A stretch of 64,000 bases of DNA from a virus. Taxonomy: Duplodnaviria > Heunggongvirae > Uroviricota > Caudoviricetes. Shown piece after piece: positions 18,568 through 28,840 of the stretch (the first letter of the stretch is position 1; each line of letters opens with the position of its first letter). A model generated the notes under the pieces. It was given only the letters and a program-made list of their open reading frames with translations, did not search any database and was not told the DNA's origin. The position numbers and the translations under genes were made by a program. The stretch is taken from the IMG/VR virus record IMGVR_UViG_644736364_000008; one strand, 5' to 3'.

Positions 18568-18810
18568 TTACTTACCAACAATGACGCGGAAGTTGGAATG
18601 ACCGAGGGATTCACGGACCTGATCAGTTTTGTACATCAGATAACGAAGGCTTACGCGGCCTTTATTTTTTTCTTTCTTGACCATGTACTTAGCAAGTTGA
18701 CCATGGTGAATTTTTTGGTAAACAGAGCCACGGGAAATGCCCTCCCACTCTGCGAACTCTGCAGGCGTAGCCATCTCTTTTGGTACACGAATTGAAATAT
18801 CAGTACTCAT
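18568..18810 (-). CDS. apl: Apl/Cox-like excisionase and switch regulator
   Basis: 80-aa HTH protein (WEGISRGSVYQKIHHGQ) as first gene divergent from cI. Confidence 0.65.
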   Translation of the reverse strand: MSTDISIRVPKEMATPAEFAEWEGISRGSVYQKIHHGQLAKYMVKKEKNKGRVSLRYLMYKTDQVRESLGHSNFRVIVGK

Positions 18811-18931
18811 AGTGCAGTATCTCTTACTTTGTGTGCGTGTTAGTTCGTTTTAGCTCGTCTCTTTAACTCTCACATCAAGAGACACGAAGACATTACGATC
18901 TTGATTCAAGATTGTCAAATGGAGATTACCA
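18811..18931. promoter_or_regulatory. Lysis/lysogeny switch region (divergent pR/pL-type promoters and operators)
   Basis: 121-bp AT-rich intergenic region between divergent apl and cI. Confidence 0.5.
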
Positions 18932-19564
18932 ATGTTAAACATCAGAATGGGTTCCGATACGGGAGGTAAGGCAGCTATTGAGAGGCTGCTTGAGGCTTAT
19001 GGATTCACAACTAAGCAGGCATTAAGCGAGCACCTGAATGTCTCAAAAAGTACTATGGCAAACAGAGTGTTACGTGACAGTTTTCCTGCTGACTGGATAA
19101 TTCAGTGTGCACTAGAAACCGGTGTTTCGTTACTTTGGTTAGCCACTGGACAGGGAAGCATGAAAGAAGGATACGAGTCTGAGAAAAGATCTCATAACGA
19201 GAACAAACAAGCAATTAAACCGTTATCCAAACTCATAACTCCATCTATTCCTAAAGGAACCTTGGAAAATGGACAACTCAGTATTGATGAAGAGATTTTC
19301 CTAGACCACAGCATATTACCTGCAGATTATGAAGAATCGATGTTCTTAGAAACCCCTACTGATTGTTATCTCATCGATAAATCAGTTAAACAAGTCAGCA
19401 ATGGATTCTGGCTTATCAATATTGATGGAATGATTATTATTGCAAAAATCATGCGGATTCCCGGCAATAAGATTGTAGTAAATCAAGATGAAGCGTCTTT
19501 CGAGTGCTCTGCCGATGATGTGGAAGTTATTGGGCGTGCAGTCAAAGTAATAAAGAGTATCTAA
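18932..19564 (+). CDS. cI: CI immunity repressor
   Basis: 210 aa with N-terminal HTH; divergent from apl and upstream of int as in 186. Confidence 0.8.
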   Translation: MLNIRMGSDTGGKAAIERLLEAYGFTTKQALSEHLNVSKSTMANRVLRDSFPADWIIQCALETGVSLLWLATGQGSMKEGYESEKRSHNENKQAIKPLSKLITPSIPKGTLENGQLSIDEEIFLDHSILPADYEESMFLETPTDCYLIDKSVKQVSNGFWLINIDGMIIIAKIMRIPGNKIVVNQDEASFECSADDVEVIGRAVKVIKSI

Positions 19565-19566
19565 AC

Positions 19567-20586
19567 ATGACTGTCAGAAAACAGCCAAACGGTAAATGGT
19601 TGTGCGAGTGCTATCCCAATGGACGCAATGGCAAGCGCGTGCGTAAGCAATTTGCTACGAAAGGCGAAGCCATTGCTTTTGAAAGCTTCACAATGGAAGA
19701 AGTGAACAAAAAACCATGGCTGGGGGAAAAGGAAGATCGGCGACACCTATCAGAATTAATTGAGCAGTGGTATTCCCTGTATGGTCAAACACTCGCAGAC
19801 CCCAAGCGCCTCATAGCGAAACTTAGAATTATCTGTAATGGTCTAGGCGATCCCATCGCTTCAGAACTGACAGCCGGTGACTTTACGAAATACCGCGAAG
19901 CACGGTTAAAAGGTGAAGTACGAAATGAAGATGGCACGTTTATGTCGCCCGTTAAGCCCCGCACGGTAAACCTTGAACAGCGCAATCTATCATCTGTTTT
20001 TGGTACACTGAAAAAGCTGGGCCACTGGTCAGCCCCCAACCCGCTTGCTGGGCTGCCAACATTTAAAATTGCTGAGAGTGAATTGGCGTTCCTGACCCCG
20101 GAAGAAATTAAACGTCTGCTGGATGCCTGCGCCGATTCTCAAAGCTCCAGCCTGCTTTTGATTGCAAAAATATGCCTGGCCACCGGCGCACGCTGGAGCG
20201 AAGCCGAAAACCTGCAGAGTCATCAGGTATCAAAATACCGTATCACTTATACCAAGACCAAAGGCAAGAAAAACCGAACTGTGCCTATTTCTAAGGATTT
20301 ATATGAAGAACTGCCTAAGAATAGGGGGAAGTTATTCACCCCATGCAGAAAAGCCTTTGAGCGTGCAGTAAAGCGAGCCGGTTTAGAACTACCAGAAGGC
20401 CAATGTACCCATGTTCTGCGCCATACATTTGCCAGTCATTTTATGATGAACGGTGGAAATATACTGGTACTGCGCGATATTCTTGGACATGCCGATATAA
20501 AAATGACGATGATTTACGCTCATTTTTCCCCAGATCATCTTGAAGATGCAGTAACTAAAAACCCATTAGCAACCTTGATGGATTAA
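19567..20586 (+). CDS. int: Tyrosine integrase (P2/186 type)
   Basis: 339 aa; C-terminal RHTFASH...GH...Y catalytic motifs. Confidence 0.9.
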   Translation: MTVRKQPNGKWLCECYPNGRNGKRVRKQFATKGEAIAFESFTMEEVNKKPWLGEKEDRRHLSELIEQWYSLYGQTLADPKRLIAKLRIICNGLGDPIASELTAGDFTKYREARLKGEVRNEDGTFMSPVKPRTVNLEQRNLSSVFGTLKKLGHWSAPNPLAGLPTFKIAESELAFLTPEEIKRLLDACADSQSSSLLLIAKICLATGARWSEAENLQSHQVSKYRITYTKTKGKKNRTVPISKDLYEELPKNRGKLFTPCRKAFERAVKRAGLELPEGQCTHVLRHTFASHFMMNGGNILVLRDILGHADIKMTMIYAHFSPDHLEDAVTKNPLATLMD

Positions 20587-20590
20587 GCAC

Positions 20591-21814
20591 ATGCGCAACA
20601 TTATCGAATTAGAACAGATATCGGAAGAACTAAAAAAACATGAACTATTGCAACCCCCATTCATTGCCGAGGGAAAACTAATTTCTGACTTTTCTAAGAG
20701 AGTCGAGTGCTATTTAGAATTAATTGACTCCATTAGAAATAAATATCCTGACAACGAGATAATTAAACAAGTAAAGATTCGCACAAAATCAATAATATAT
20801 TTATCTGATAAAATAATAGAAACTCTTAAGCTATTTTTAATAGGAAATGTTAAAGAAGCTTATAAAAAATTCGATTTGGCAATTACCAAGTCATCAATGC
20901 ATACTCATCTTTATAAGATGACTGTTCCTCTAACTAAATTATGCAACCCACACACCCCTTTATTTCGCGTAAGGAAAAGTGAGTGCATCCTAAAACAAAG
21001 AGAAGAATTATTTCATATACCATTTAAAAATAGACATTTAGTTAGCGCACAAAGATTTTCTGTATCCGGTCTTCCATGTTTATATCTTGGAACATCAATA
21101 TTTGTATGTTGGCAAGAAATGGGAAAACCTGACTTTGATAAACTTTACATATCTTCCTTCATATCCGATAAAGAAAATTCAAATATAAGAATTTTAGATC
21201 TTGGGTACAATTTAACATCTGCACTTCGTACAAAACCGGGAGATCTTTGGTATTCATTCGAACAAGGTTCAGATGATGATTACGATCTAAATAATGATAA
21301 TTTCATGGATCAAATTAATGATAAAATTTCAAAGTTGATTGCATGGCCTTTAGTCCTTGCATGTAACTATACAAAAGATAATGAAAACGCAAGTTTTAAT
21401 AAAGAATACATAATACCAAACCTATTAATGCAATGGATTAGTAGTGACAGAAACAAAAATATATCAGGGATATCGTATCGATCAACAAAGATATTAAACC
21501 AAAAAGATAGCGATATTGGGATTAATGTAATTATCCCCCCAAAAATAGAAAACATAGTTGAAACCAATGATACCCACTGTCCTGTTTTAAAAAAAATATT
21601 TAGAGTTACAAACCCTGTTTCCTGGACTGTGTTTAGTACACTAGAAGCCACCCCCTATCTATACAAAAATAATTTTAATTTTTCGACCTATAATCCCGCA
21701 AAAGGATGGATTGAAGACTTTGATGAATCCCTTGTTGAACATTATGAAAATACCACTTTTAGAAAAGTTGAACTCCTTATTCATCAAATGATGAAGTATG
21801 AATATTTAAAATAA
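20591..21814 (+). CDS. AT-rich cargo protein (407 aa) with central RES-like domain
   Basis: Strongly AT-rich ORF between int and att; LFRVRKSE...QRFSVSGLPCLYLGTSIFVCWQE resembles the RES (Arg-Glu-Ser) toxin signature. Confidence 0.75.
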   Translation: MRNIIELEQISEELKKHELLQPPFIAEGKLISDFSKRVECYLELIDSIRNKYPDNEIIKQVKIRTKSIIYLSDKIIETLKLFLIGNVKEAYKKFDLAITKSSMHTHLYKMTVPLTKLCNPHTPLFRVRKSECILKQREELFHIPFKNRHLVSAQRFSVSGLPCLYLGTSIFVCWQEMGKPDFDKLYISSFISDKENSNIRILDLGYNLTSALRTKPGDLWYSFEQGSDDDYDLNNDNFMDQINDKISKLIAWPLVLACNYTKDNENASFNKEYIIPNLLMQWISSDRNKNISGISYRSTKILNQKDSDIGINVIIPPKIENIVETNDTHCPVLKKIFRVTNPVSWTVFSTLEATPYLYKNNFNFSTYNPAKGWIEDFDESLVEHYENTTFRKVELLIHQMMKYEYLK

Positions 21815-21930
21815 GAGTGGCGGCATAATGGCGGCAAAGAGTTAAAAACACATAAAACAAGGTAATACATCGTAAACTTAAGTGATTGAAAATTAACATA
21901 AATAGTTGTTTTGCAACATGTTATAATGGT

Positions 21931-21975
21931 ATGTAGGAATTTCGGACGCGGGTTCAACTCCCGCCAGCTCCACCA
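21931..21975 (+). ncRNA. ssrA: 3'-terminal 45 nt of tmRNA gene ssrA (attachment-site remnant)
   Basis: atgtaggaatttcggacgcgggttcaactcccgccagctccacca matches the enterobacterial ssrA 3' end; upstream sequence is not ssrA. Confidence 0.7.
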
Positions 21976-22103
21976 ATCATGATTGGACGGTGTAAGGACA
22001 ACACCAACAAAAACAGGAAGTTAGAAGTCTCAGCAGGACACCGACCAGACGGTGAGGAGACATAAAAGGATACGCAAAGGAGCCGCGGCTCCGAAGTGAA
22101 ATG

Positions 22104-22129
22104 AAAGCCCGCTGATGCGGGCTTTTTTG
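22104..22129 (+). terminator. Rho-independent terminator
   Basis: aagcccgc-tgat-gcgggctt followed by TTTTTT. Confidence 0.5.
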
Positions 22130-22360
22130 CTTCTTCTCTTTAGCCTGATTCGACACTCTCAATGCGGCCATAAACAACAACCCACTTTTCTTATACCGTA
22201 GCCTGTCCCCCTCTTCCTGCTTTCTAACCATAACAGATGTGAGCGTTTGCTATGAGCGATATATAGTCATTCGTACCCTCCGATACTAATCATCACAGAA
22301 ATTAATATATTCATTCCTTACTGAAAAGCTATGAAGTAGATATATAGGATTGGGGCGCGT

Positions 22361-22558
22361 ATGGCACTGGACAGTTATGCATCTCCGAATATTATTCCGG
22401 AGCTAAGACAACCGAATGCCGCAGCAGGTAAGATCACGCTAGGGGGGCTGGACAGAATGGCTGTTACGCCCAGTGTGAAGAAAAGAAGGCTAAGTATGGT
22501 AGAATTTCCATACGCACAGACCTTGTTATCCGACTATACAGCCTGGAAGGCACTATGA
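22361..22558 (+). CDS. Small ORF (65 aa) coupled to the downstream nuclease-like gene
   Basis: Stop overlaps next ATG (ATGA). Confidence 0.3.
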   Translation: MALDSYASPNIIPELRQPNAAAGKITLGGLDRMAVTPSVKKRRLSMVEFPYAQTLLSDYTAWKAL

Positions 22559-23343
22559 CAAATCTACAACTGGAAGAAAGATTTAGGGCGCTTGAGAAAG
22601 ATTACGATGCGCTCATTTCCACAAAATATACTGCGCAGAACGTTCTCACTCACACTATGGAAACCTATGTTGATTCTGGTAAATATAAAAACTGGATCGC
22701 CAGAGTGAAAAAGTTAATAGAGGACAGCTACGGAAAAGAGTCTGATTATTACAATGACTTCAATACTGTAAACAGCAGGTGGTCTTCTAATTACAATACA
22801 CTGATCAAAAGTTATAAACCGTTGTTTGATGCGGCGAGAGATGATCTTGCGCACTCTGCTGTCAGTACTAATACTCCTCAAGAAGGTTCGCCGCTGAGCC
22901 TCGTACTTAATATTCTTAACAGGTTTCCGACCTTTGTTCGCCAGTTAAAGAGGCGGTACAACGGCCGTGCGCCGCTTGAAGTTAATGATGAGTATGACGT
23001 ACAGGATTTGATTTATGCACTGCTGACGCTTCATTTTAATGATATTAGGGCGGAAGAGTATACCCCCAGCTTTGCGGGCGCGGCCTCAAGACAGGACTTT
23101 CTTTTGAAAAAAGAGAAAATTGTGATAGAGGTGAAGAAAACCCGTGAATCTCTGGGAGCGGGTAAAGTTGGTGGAGAGTTGCTTATTGATATGGCGCGCT
23201 ACCGCGCTCACCAAGACTGCGATACGTTGATCTTGTTTGTATATGACCCGGATTGCTACATAAATAATCCTTTGGGCGTGAAAACCGATCTGGAATCTAA
23301 AGACGCGGAAGGAAAAGTGAAGGTTGTTATTGCGCAGTTCTGA
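22555..23343 (+). CDS. PD-(D/E)xK nuclease-like protein (262 aa) with N-terminal coiled-coil region
   Basis: C-terminal EVNDEYDVQDL ... KIVIEVKK pattern fits a D...(D/E)xK restriction-endonuclease-like core. Confidence 0.65.
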   Translation: MTNLQLEERFRALEKDYDALISTKYTAQNVLTHTMETYVDSGKYKNWIARVKKLIEDSYGKESDYYNDFNTVNSRWSSNYNTLIKSYKPLFDAARDDLAHSAVSTNTPQEGSPLSLVLNILNRFPTFVRQLKRRYNGRAPLEVNDEYDVQDLIYALLTLHFNDIRAEEYTPSFAGAASRQDFLLKKEKIVIEVKKTRESLGAGKVGGELLIDMARYRAHQDCDTLILFVYDPDCYINNPLGVKTDLESKDAEGKVKVVIAQF

Positions 23344-23430
23344 CACGCTTAAGTGTCACCTTACAGGATTAGGTTTGCGGCCGTGCCAGCAGGACGAGCA
23401 TGAAAAAGGCCGCTGGCACGGCCGGATTTG

Positions 23431-23724
23431 TCATCTTTGCCAGGTCAAATCAAAATCTACGTGAAAATCCGCAGGCTTAAGCTCGCAACTGCCACCACGC
23501 CCAATTAACGACGTTATGTTTACAACGTTTGAACCTGTTGAGATGGCAAGTTGAGTGTCATCTGTAAACGTGATGATTAGCATTTCAGTCTGATGAACCT
23601 GTACTCCAGTTTTCTGAAAACCAATCTGGACAGATTTCACCGTTTTCCCAACCATTTCACGGGCTTGATTGATAGAGTAATTAGCTTCAACTTGTAGGTC
23701 ATTCCTGAACTTGGGTAGTGTCAT
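23431..23724 (-). CDS. Hypothetical protein (97 aa)
   Basis: ORF downstream of the GIY-YIG gene on the same strand. Confidence 0.45.
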   Translation of the reverse strand: MTLPKFRNDLQVEANYSINQAREMVGKTVKSVQIGFQKTGVQVHQTEMLIITFTDDTQLAISTGSNVVNITSLIGRGGSCELKPADFHVDFDLTWQR

Positions 23725-23934
23725 TTTACATCCTCTTTAGTGAAGTTTTCGCTATTTAAATCAGCAGCATTCCTTTTAAATCACTGGCATGTCAGCAGTG
23801 GATAGTCTGAGTGTAACGTCCAGTGAGGGGAATAAATATTGGTCAGACTTTGCACAAAAGAGCCAACTATCGCGGGCTCTCTCTCATCATGTGCGAAAAT
23901 TGACCACAATATGAAATCCAGTTCCATTCCGAAA

Positions 23935-24759
<825 letters not shown>

Positions 24760-24857
24760 TCAATTGACAACTTATAATCCCTACTAGTTAGCATTATGAT
24801 TTCCAGAGTGAGGAATATAAAAATCTCTGTTTCTGGCACATAACAGCCCTTAAGATC

Positions 24858-24915
24858 GTAGCTCGCCATCATGGGGTGTCGGGGGGCGGAGGTTCAAATC
24901 CTCTCGTGCCGACCA
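24858..24915 (+). tRNA. 3' fragment (about 58 nt) of a tRNA-Pro(GGG)-like gene; 5' acceptor/D-arm absent
   Basis: ggaggttcaaatcctctcgtgccgacca (T-arm, 3' acceptor, CCA) with anticodon-loop-like tcatggggtg; no complementary 5' acceptor strand. Confidence 0.6.
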
Positions 24916-24928
24916 AAAATCCCTTAAG

Positions 24929-24956
24929 AACCAGCCTATTATGGCTGGTTTTTTTA
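24929..24956 (+). terminator. Rho-independent terminator after the tRNA fragment
   Basis: aaccagcc-tatta-tggctggtt followed by TTTTTTT. Confidence 0.6.
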
Positions 24957-25097
24957 TGATTGTTTTTTATGCGGAGAAATACCGGGGAATAATTGGGGTA
25001 AAACACCTTTAGGCTATTCACTTAGCCTACCACCATCAAAATCTTTCCGAATGTATCCATCTCTTTTTTCTTATGCAGCTAAAACGAAGTCTTGATA

Positions 25098-25141
25098 CTG
25101 TTTATTTACACAGATAAGAATAATACTGTCTACAAACGCAG
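25098..25141 (+). promoter_or_regulatory. Two LexA boxes (one exact, one with one mismatch) upstream of a DinI-like remnant
   Basis: ctgtttatttacacag (CTGT-N8-ACAG) and ctgtctacaaacgcag. Confidence 0.5.
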
Positions 25142-25156
25142 TACAAAAGAAGTGTT

Positions 25157-25335
25157 ATGCGTATTGAGATCTCCATAGCCAAAGACAAAATGACCAAATG
25201 CCAAACGGCGCTGTGGACGCGTTAAAGGAAGAATTAACCCAACACATTGGCAAGCGTTATGACGATGTGGAGATGATCGTAAAAGCCACCAGCAACGATA
25301 GTTTTTCAGTTAGACATACTGCAGATAAAGATTGA
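25157..25335 (+). pseudogene. DinI-family gene disrupted by a frameshift
   Basis: Frame 1 gives [14 protein letters not shown] then stops; a second frame starting at 25198 gives [38 protein letters not shown] (DinI-like core). Confidence 0.45.
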
Positions 25336-25759
25336 GCTAAAACTTTCGTTCAGGAAACTCTGAATGATACCTGAGAGTCTACTGAAGAGTTGTTTGTTCA
25401 CTAGTTAGCACGTAGGAAATCATTCAATACTCGCACTATCGGAAGTTCACCAGCCAGTCGTAGCACGTCCTTGCAAACGACGTGCCTACGGTTTCAATCA
25501 CCTCTCACCATCAATTCTATCAATAATAATTAAACAGCGCCTAGACAAAATAAATAACAACAAGTCAACAACCTCGACAGGATGCCGATGGGATGATGAA
25601 GAGATAAGAAAGAATAACCAGTAAAGCCCTAAAACGTCAGCGTTCAGACGCGTTTTTTACTTAATCGGTAACAAATACGTTGTATCATAGCAAAATAAAA
25701 TGATTGTTCTAAATCAGATTAACTCCTCACTTTTGTACAATGTCGCTTACAGGTATACC

Positions 25760-27649
25760 ATGAAATCCGAGACGCTAACTGTCCAACAACTTTTTCAAGA
25801 CCGCCGACAATACTGTGTTCCATTCTATCAACGTGCCTATGTATGGACTCAGCAAGACCAGTGGTCAGCTCTACTGGAGGATATCCTAGAGAAAGTACAA
25901 TCCCGGCTCTCGGGTACAAAACCAACTCCCCATTTCCTTGGTGCGGTTGTACTGGAACCTCAATCAAAAAAAGGATTATTAGGTGTAGATTCCATACATA
26001 TTATTGATGGTCAGCAACGATTGACCACTCTTCAATATGTTCTGGCATCCATCCGATTAGCATTACGTGCTACGGATCTTTCCAGCTTAGAGGCTCTCAT
26101 TTCGCCTTGCCTGAAAAACTCAAACGAAGACACAATGCGAAATAAAGAAGTAGAACGCTTCAAACTGTGGCCAACTTTTCGGGATCAAACTCATTTTATT
26201 CAAAGTTTTAATGTTGAAAATATTGACGATCTCCGGGACGTATTCTCTGATAGTTTCACGCAGCATGGTACGTTGCGTAAGCATTTTAATCACCCGCCAT
26301 CACTAGAAGCATTATGTTTTTTTACTGAAGCCTTTATAAAATGGATTAAAATAGAAAACCACTCACCACAAGAAAATGCTGTAGCTCTAATTGAGGCTGT
26401 CTTAACAGATCTGAAACTGGTAAGCATATTTCTCGAAGCTGAAGATGATGCCCAAATAATTTTTGAAACATTAAATGGGCGAGGGGCGGAACTTCATGCT
26501 ACGGATCTTATTCGCAACTATATCTTTATGTGCGCTGAGCATGAAAATATTAATGCTATTGAATTATATGAAAATGAGTGGAAGAGCTTTGAAGATAAAT
26601 ACTGGTCGGAAAAACAACGCCGTGGACGTATTAATAAACCACGCATGGAGTGGCTAGTACATGCGACATTGCAATCAGAAAGGCAACGTGAAATTGATCT
26701 GTCTCGCCTTTACAATGAGTATCGTGATTATGTAAGTAAGGACTTGTCTTCACAACGAGCAGATCTGCAAGTAAAGCGCCTCAAACAATATGCATCACAA
26801 TATAAAGAATTGGTTGATGGTTTTGGCACAACCCCCATCTCACACTTTGGATATCGCATCGCAGACTATGATGTGACGACACTTTATCCGCTTGCTTTGT
26901 TCATTTCGATAGCTAACATCGCTGATGATGAGAAAGCAGCCATGTATAATGATCTTGTCTCCTACGTAGTACGAAGAGCCGTATGTGGCCTGACGCCAAA
27001 GAATTACAACAATGTATTTATGAATGTATTGCGGCACTTGGCTAAAACGGAAATTTCCAGTGTTGAGTTACGTAATATCCTCAATAACTTAAATGGCGAA
27101 GCCTCACGTTGGCCTGGTGACTCAGAATTTCTCAACGCTTGCATCAATGCTCCACTTTATCCTGGCAGGCTCGACGCACCGAAAATGCGCTCAATGTTAA
27201 CGGAACTTGAAAGAGAACTTTGTCGCCAAGTAAAGACAGAAAAGCCTGATGTTCCAAATCTTTCTAATCTCGATATCGATCATCTTATGCCTCAAAGTTG
27301 GTATTCCTGTTGGCCTCTCGAAAATGGTCGTATGGTGACAAATTCAGATGCTACGGTATTGAACCAAATTGTTCTGTCTGGAACCGATCTTACCCCTGAA
27401 CAGCTACTGGTAAGGAAACGGCAACAAGCGATATCTACTTTGGGAAATCTAACTTTGCTTAACCTTAGCGTAAACCGTTCTGTTCAGAATGCTGTATTTC
27501 TGAAAAAACGTGATGCTCTCATCGTCCACACCAATCTACGACTGAACATTCCACTTATAGTTAAGGATAAATGGGATGAGGATGAAATCCTGGAGCGGGG
27601 TAAAAAGTTGGGGGAAATTGCATTGAAAGTATGGCCAAAACACGATTAA
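25760..27649 (+). CDS. GmrSD-family type IV (modification-dependent) restriction endonuclease-like protein (DUF262 + DUF1524/HNH)
   Basis: N-terminal IIDGQQRLTT motif and C-terminal DIDHLMPQSW...GNLTLLNLSVNRSVQN His-Me finger; alternative ATG at 25700. Confidence 0.8.
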   Translation: MKSETLTVQQLFQDRRQYCVPFYQRAYVWTQQDQWSALLEDILEKVQSRLSGTKPTPHFLGAVVLEPQSKKGLLGVDSIHIIDGQQRLTTLQYVLASIRLALRATDLSSLEALISPCLKNSNEDTMRNKEVERFKLWPTFRDQTHFIQSFNVENIDDLRDVFSDSFTQHGTLRKHFNHPPSLEALCFFTEAFIKWIKIENHSPQENAVALIEAVLTDLKLVSIFLEAEDDAQIIFETLNGRGAELHATDLIRNYIFMCAEHENINAIELYENEWKSFEDKYWSEKQRRGRINKPRMEWLVHATLQSERQREIDLSRLYNEYRDYVSKDLSSQRADLQVKRLKQYASQYKELVDGFGTTPISHFGYRIADYDVTTLYPLALFISIANIADDEKAAMYNDLVSYVVRRAVCGLTPKNYNNVFMNVLRHLAKTEISSVELRNILNNLNGEASRWPGDSEFLNACINAPLYPGRLDAPKMRSMLTELERELCRQVKTEKPDVPNLSNLDIDHLMPQSWYSCWPLENGRMVTNSDATVLNQIVLSGTDLTPEQLLVRKRQQAISTLGNLTLLNLSVNRSVQNAVFLKKRDALIVHTNLRLNIPLIVKDKWDEDEILERGKKLGEIALKVWPKHD

Positions 27650-27672
27650 TGCAATTAATAAAATGATTATAG

Positions 27673-27692
27673 TGGCCTTACATTAGTAAGGC
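27673..27692. terminator. Hairpin between the convergent GmrSD-like gene and the invertase remnant
   Basis: ggccttac-atta-gtaaggcc stem-loop. Confidence 0.35.
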
Positions 27693-27744
27693 CGCTACTC
27701 ACTATTAAATACTTTAATTTGCATCAAGAACAGCAGTGTCAGCC

Positions 27745-27873
27745 CTAGGTCTCGGACTTTGTACCGCTTATCTTGTCTTCAAAAATCAGCTCGCATCCTG
27801 CACAGTTCAGCGCATTACGTTGTAGATCTGTGTTCTGGTCATTTGTTGACACACGTACATAGCCAATAAGCAT
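27745..27873 (-). pseudogene. Truncated Gin/Pin/Hin-family DNA invertase (N-terminal 42 codons only)
   Basis: Minus-strand translation MLIGYVRVSTNDQNTDLQRNALNCAGCELIFEDKISGTKSET then stop; nearly identical to the Gin/Pin N-terminus including the catalytic Ser; rest of gene absent. Confidence 0.75.
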
Positions 27874-27899
27874 GGTAGATCTCCCTGACAAAAGCAGGA

Positions 27900-28394
27900 A
27901 TGATGCCATTTGCTCGTTATTTCTGCATTTTCATAAACGTTGGTTTGGGAGAAGCGGCAAAACGGAATGTGGGCAACGGGGAAAACCAAATCCCTGATAT
28001 GTCTTTCTGGACGGTTACTGGTGGCAATGGAAATTTTGTGATTCGTCAACCTGACGGGCTAATCATTCAGATGGTTACTGTAAGTATAAGCGGCCCAGTG
28101 GCGATGAATGGAATGACTGATAATGCTTATGCCATCACAGGTTCTAATAAGTCTTATATTGCCACAGCCACATTGCCCTTTGTATTTCCTAATAAGGTGC
28201 TGGGCGTTATCCCTCTGGTATCAACAACAGCTTATGGTGGTGTATCCAGTAATATTACAGGTTCATACGCGACGGCGGTTTGTTCTTTTGCCGCTGTCAG
28301 GGGGAATAATACGATTGTGTTCAAAGTCGACAAACCACTGAATGCAGCCTTTCCTTCAGATACCAGCGTCTCAGCGTTAATCATTGGACGGTAA
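27900..28394 (+). CDS. Alternative tail-fibre variable C-terminal domain (Sv'-like), lacking its own constant N-terminus
   Basis: ORF begins inside the crossover site (encodes NVGLGEAA, paralleling NLGLGEG in the expressed fibre); followed by its own tfa. Confidence 0.55.
   Translation: MMPFARYFCIFINVGLGEAAKRNVGNGENQIPDMSFWTVTGGNGNFVIRQPDGLIIQMVTVSISGPVAMNGMTDNAYAITGSNKSYIATATLPFVFPNKVLGVIPLVSTTAYGGVSSNITGSYATAVCSFAAVRGNNTIVFKVDKPLNAAFPSDTSVSALIIGR
27930..27957. repeat. Inversion crossover site (gix/hix-like), invertase-proximal copy
   Basis: aaacgttggtttgggagaag is the inverted copy of cttctcccaaaccaaggttt at 29855-29874. Confidence 0.6.
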
Positions 28395-28396
28395 TA

Positions 28397-28840
28397 ATGA
28401 ACTCAGTATTCTTTTCACCCGGAAGTAAAAGTTTTTATCTGCAAGAATTGTTTCCAGAATATGAGGATGCGGGAACGCTTCCTGATGATGTTATTGAAAT
28501 TACCAGAGAAACATATGAGCAATTTCTTGGTCTGCATCCAGAAGGGAAAGAAATTGGCGCTGACAGTTCAGGACGGCCAGTATGGATTAATTCCCCACCC
28601 CCTTCAAAAGAGGATGAGGTGTTGACGGCTGAAATGAAAAAAATATCTTTGGTTTCAGAAGTCAATACCTACATCAATACCCATCAGTGGCCTGGCAAAG
28701 CTGCTATTGGTCGTCTGAAAGGCGAGGAACTGGCGCAATATAATTCGTGGCTGGATTATCTGGACGCACTGGAACTGGTCGATACTTCCTGTGCGCCAGA
28801 TATTGAATGGCCTACGCCTCCGGCAGTTCAGGCCAGATGA
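28397..28840 (+). CDS. Tail fibre assembly protein (alternative, U'-like)
   Basis: 147 aa; tail-fibre-assembly-like C-terminus; inverted orientation. Confidence 0.7.
   Translation: MNSVFFSPGSKSFYLQELFPEYEDAGTLPDDVIEITRETYEQFLGLHPEGKEIGADSSGRPVWINSPPPSKEDEVLTAEMKKISLVSEVNTYINTHQWPGKAAIGRLKGEELAQYNSWLDYLDALELVDTSCAPDIEWPTPPAVQAR

Larger units (their letters stand above)
1..21975. mobile_element. P2/186-family (Fels-2-like) prophage, integrase-proximal arm; continues beyond left edge
   Basis: Gene order V-S-R-lysCBA-K-Y-X-L-M-N-O / P-Q - cos - A - dam - cII-apl-cI-int matches the P2/186 map in reverse orientation; ends at an ssrA 3' fragment. Confidence 0.85.

Noticed and set aside
24839-24915. 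Possible intact tRNA-Pro gene
   Set aside because: Only the anticodon-arm-to-CCA portion matches; the 5' sequence cannot pair with the 3' acceptor strand, so it is a fragment.
27807-28049. 80-aa minus-strand ORF
   Set aside because: Overlaps the invertase remnant in a different frame and crosses the inversion site; the Gin-like frame translates into a recognisable protein, this one does not.
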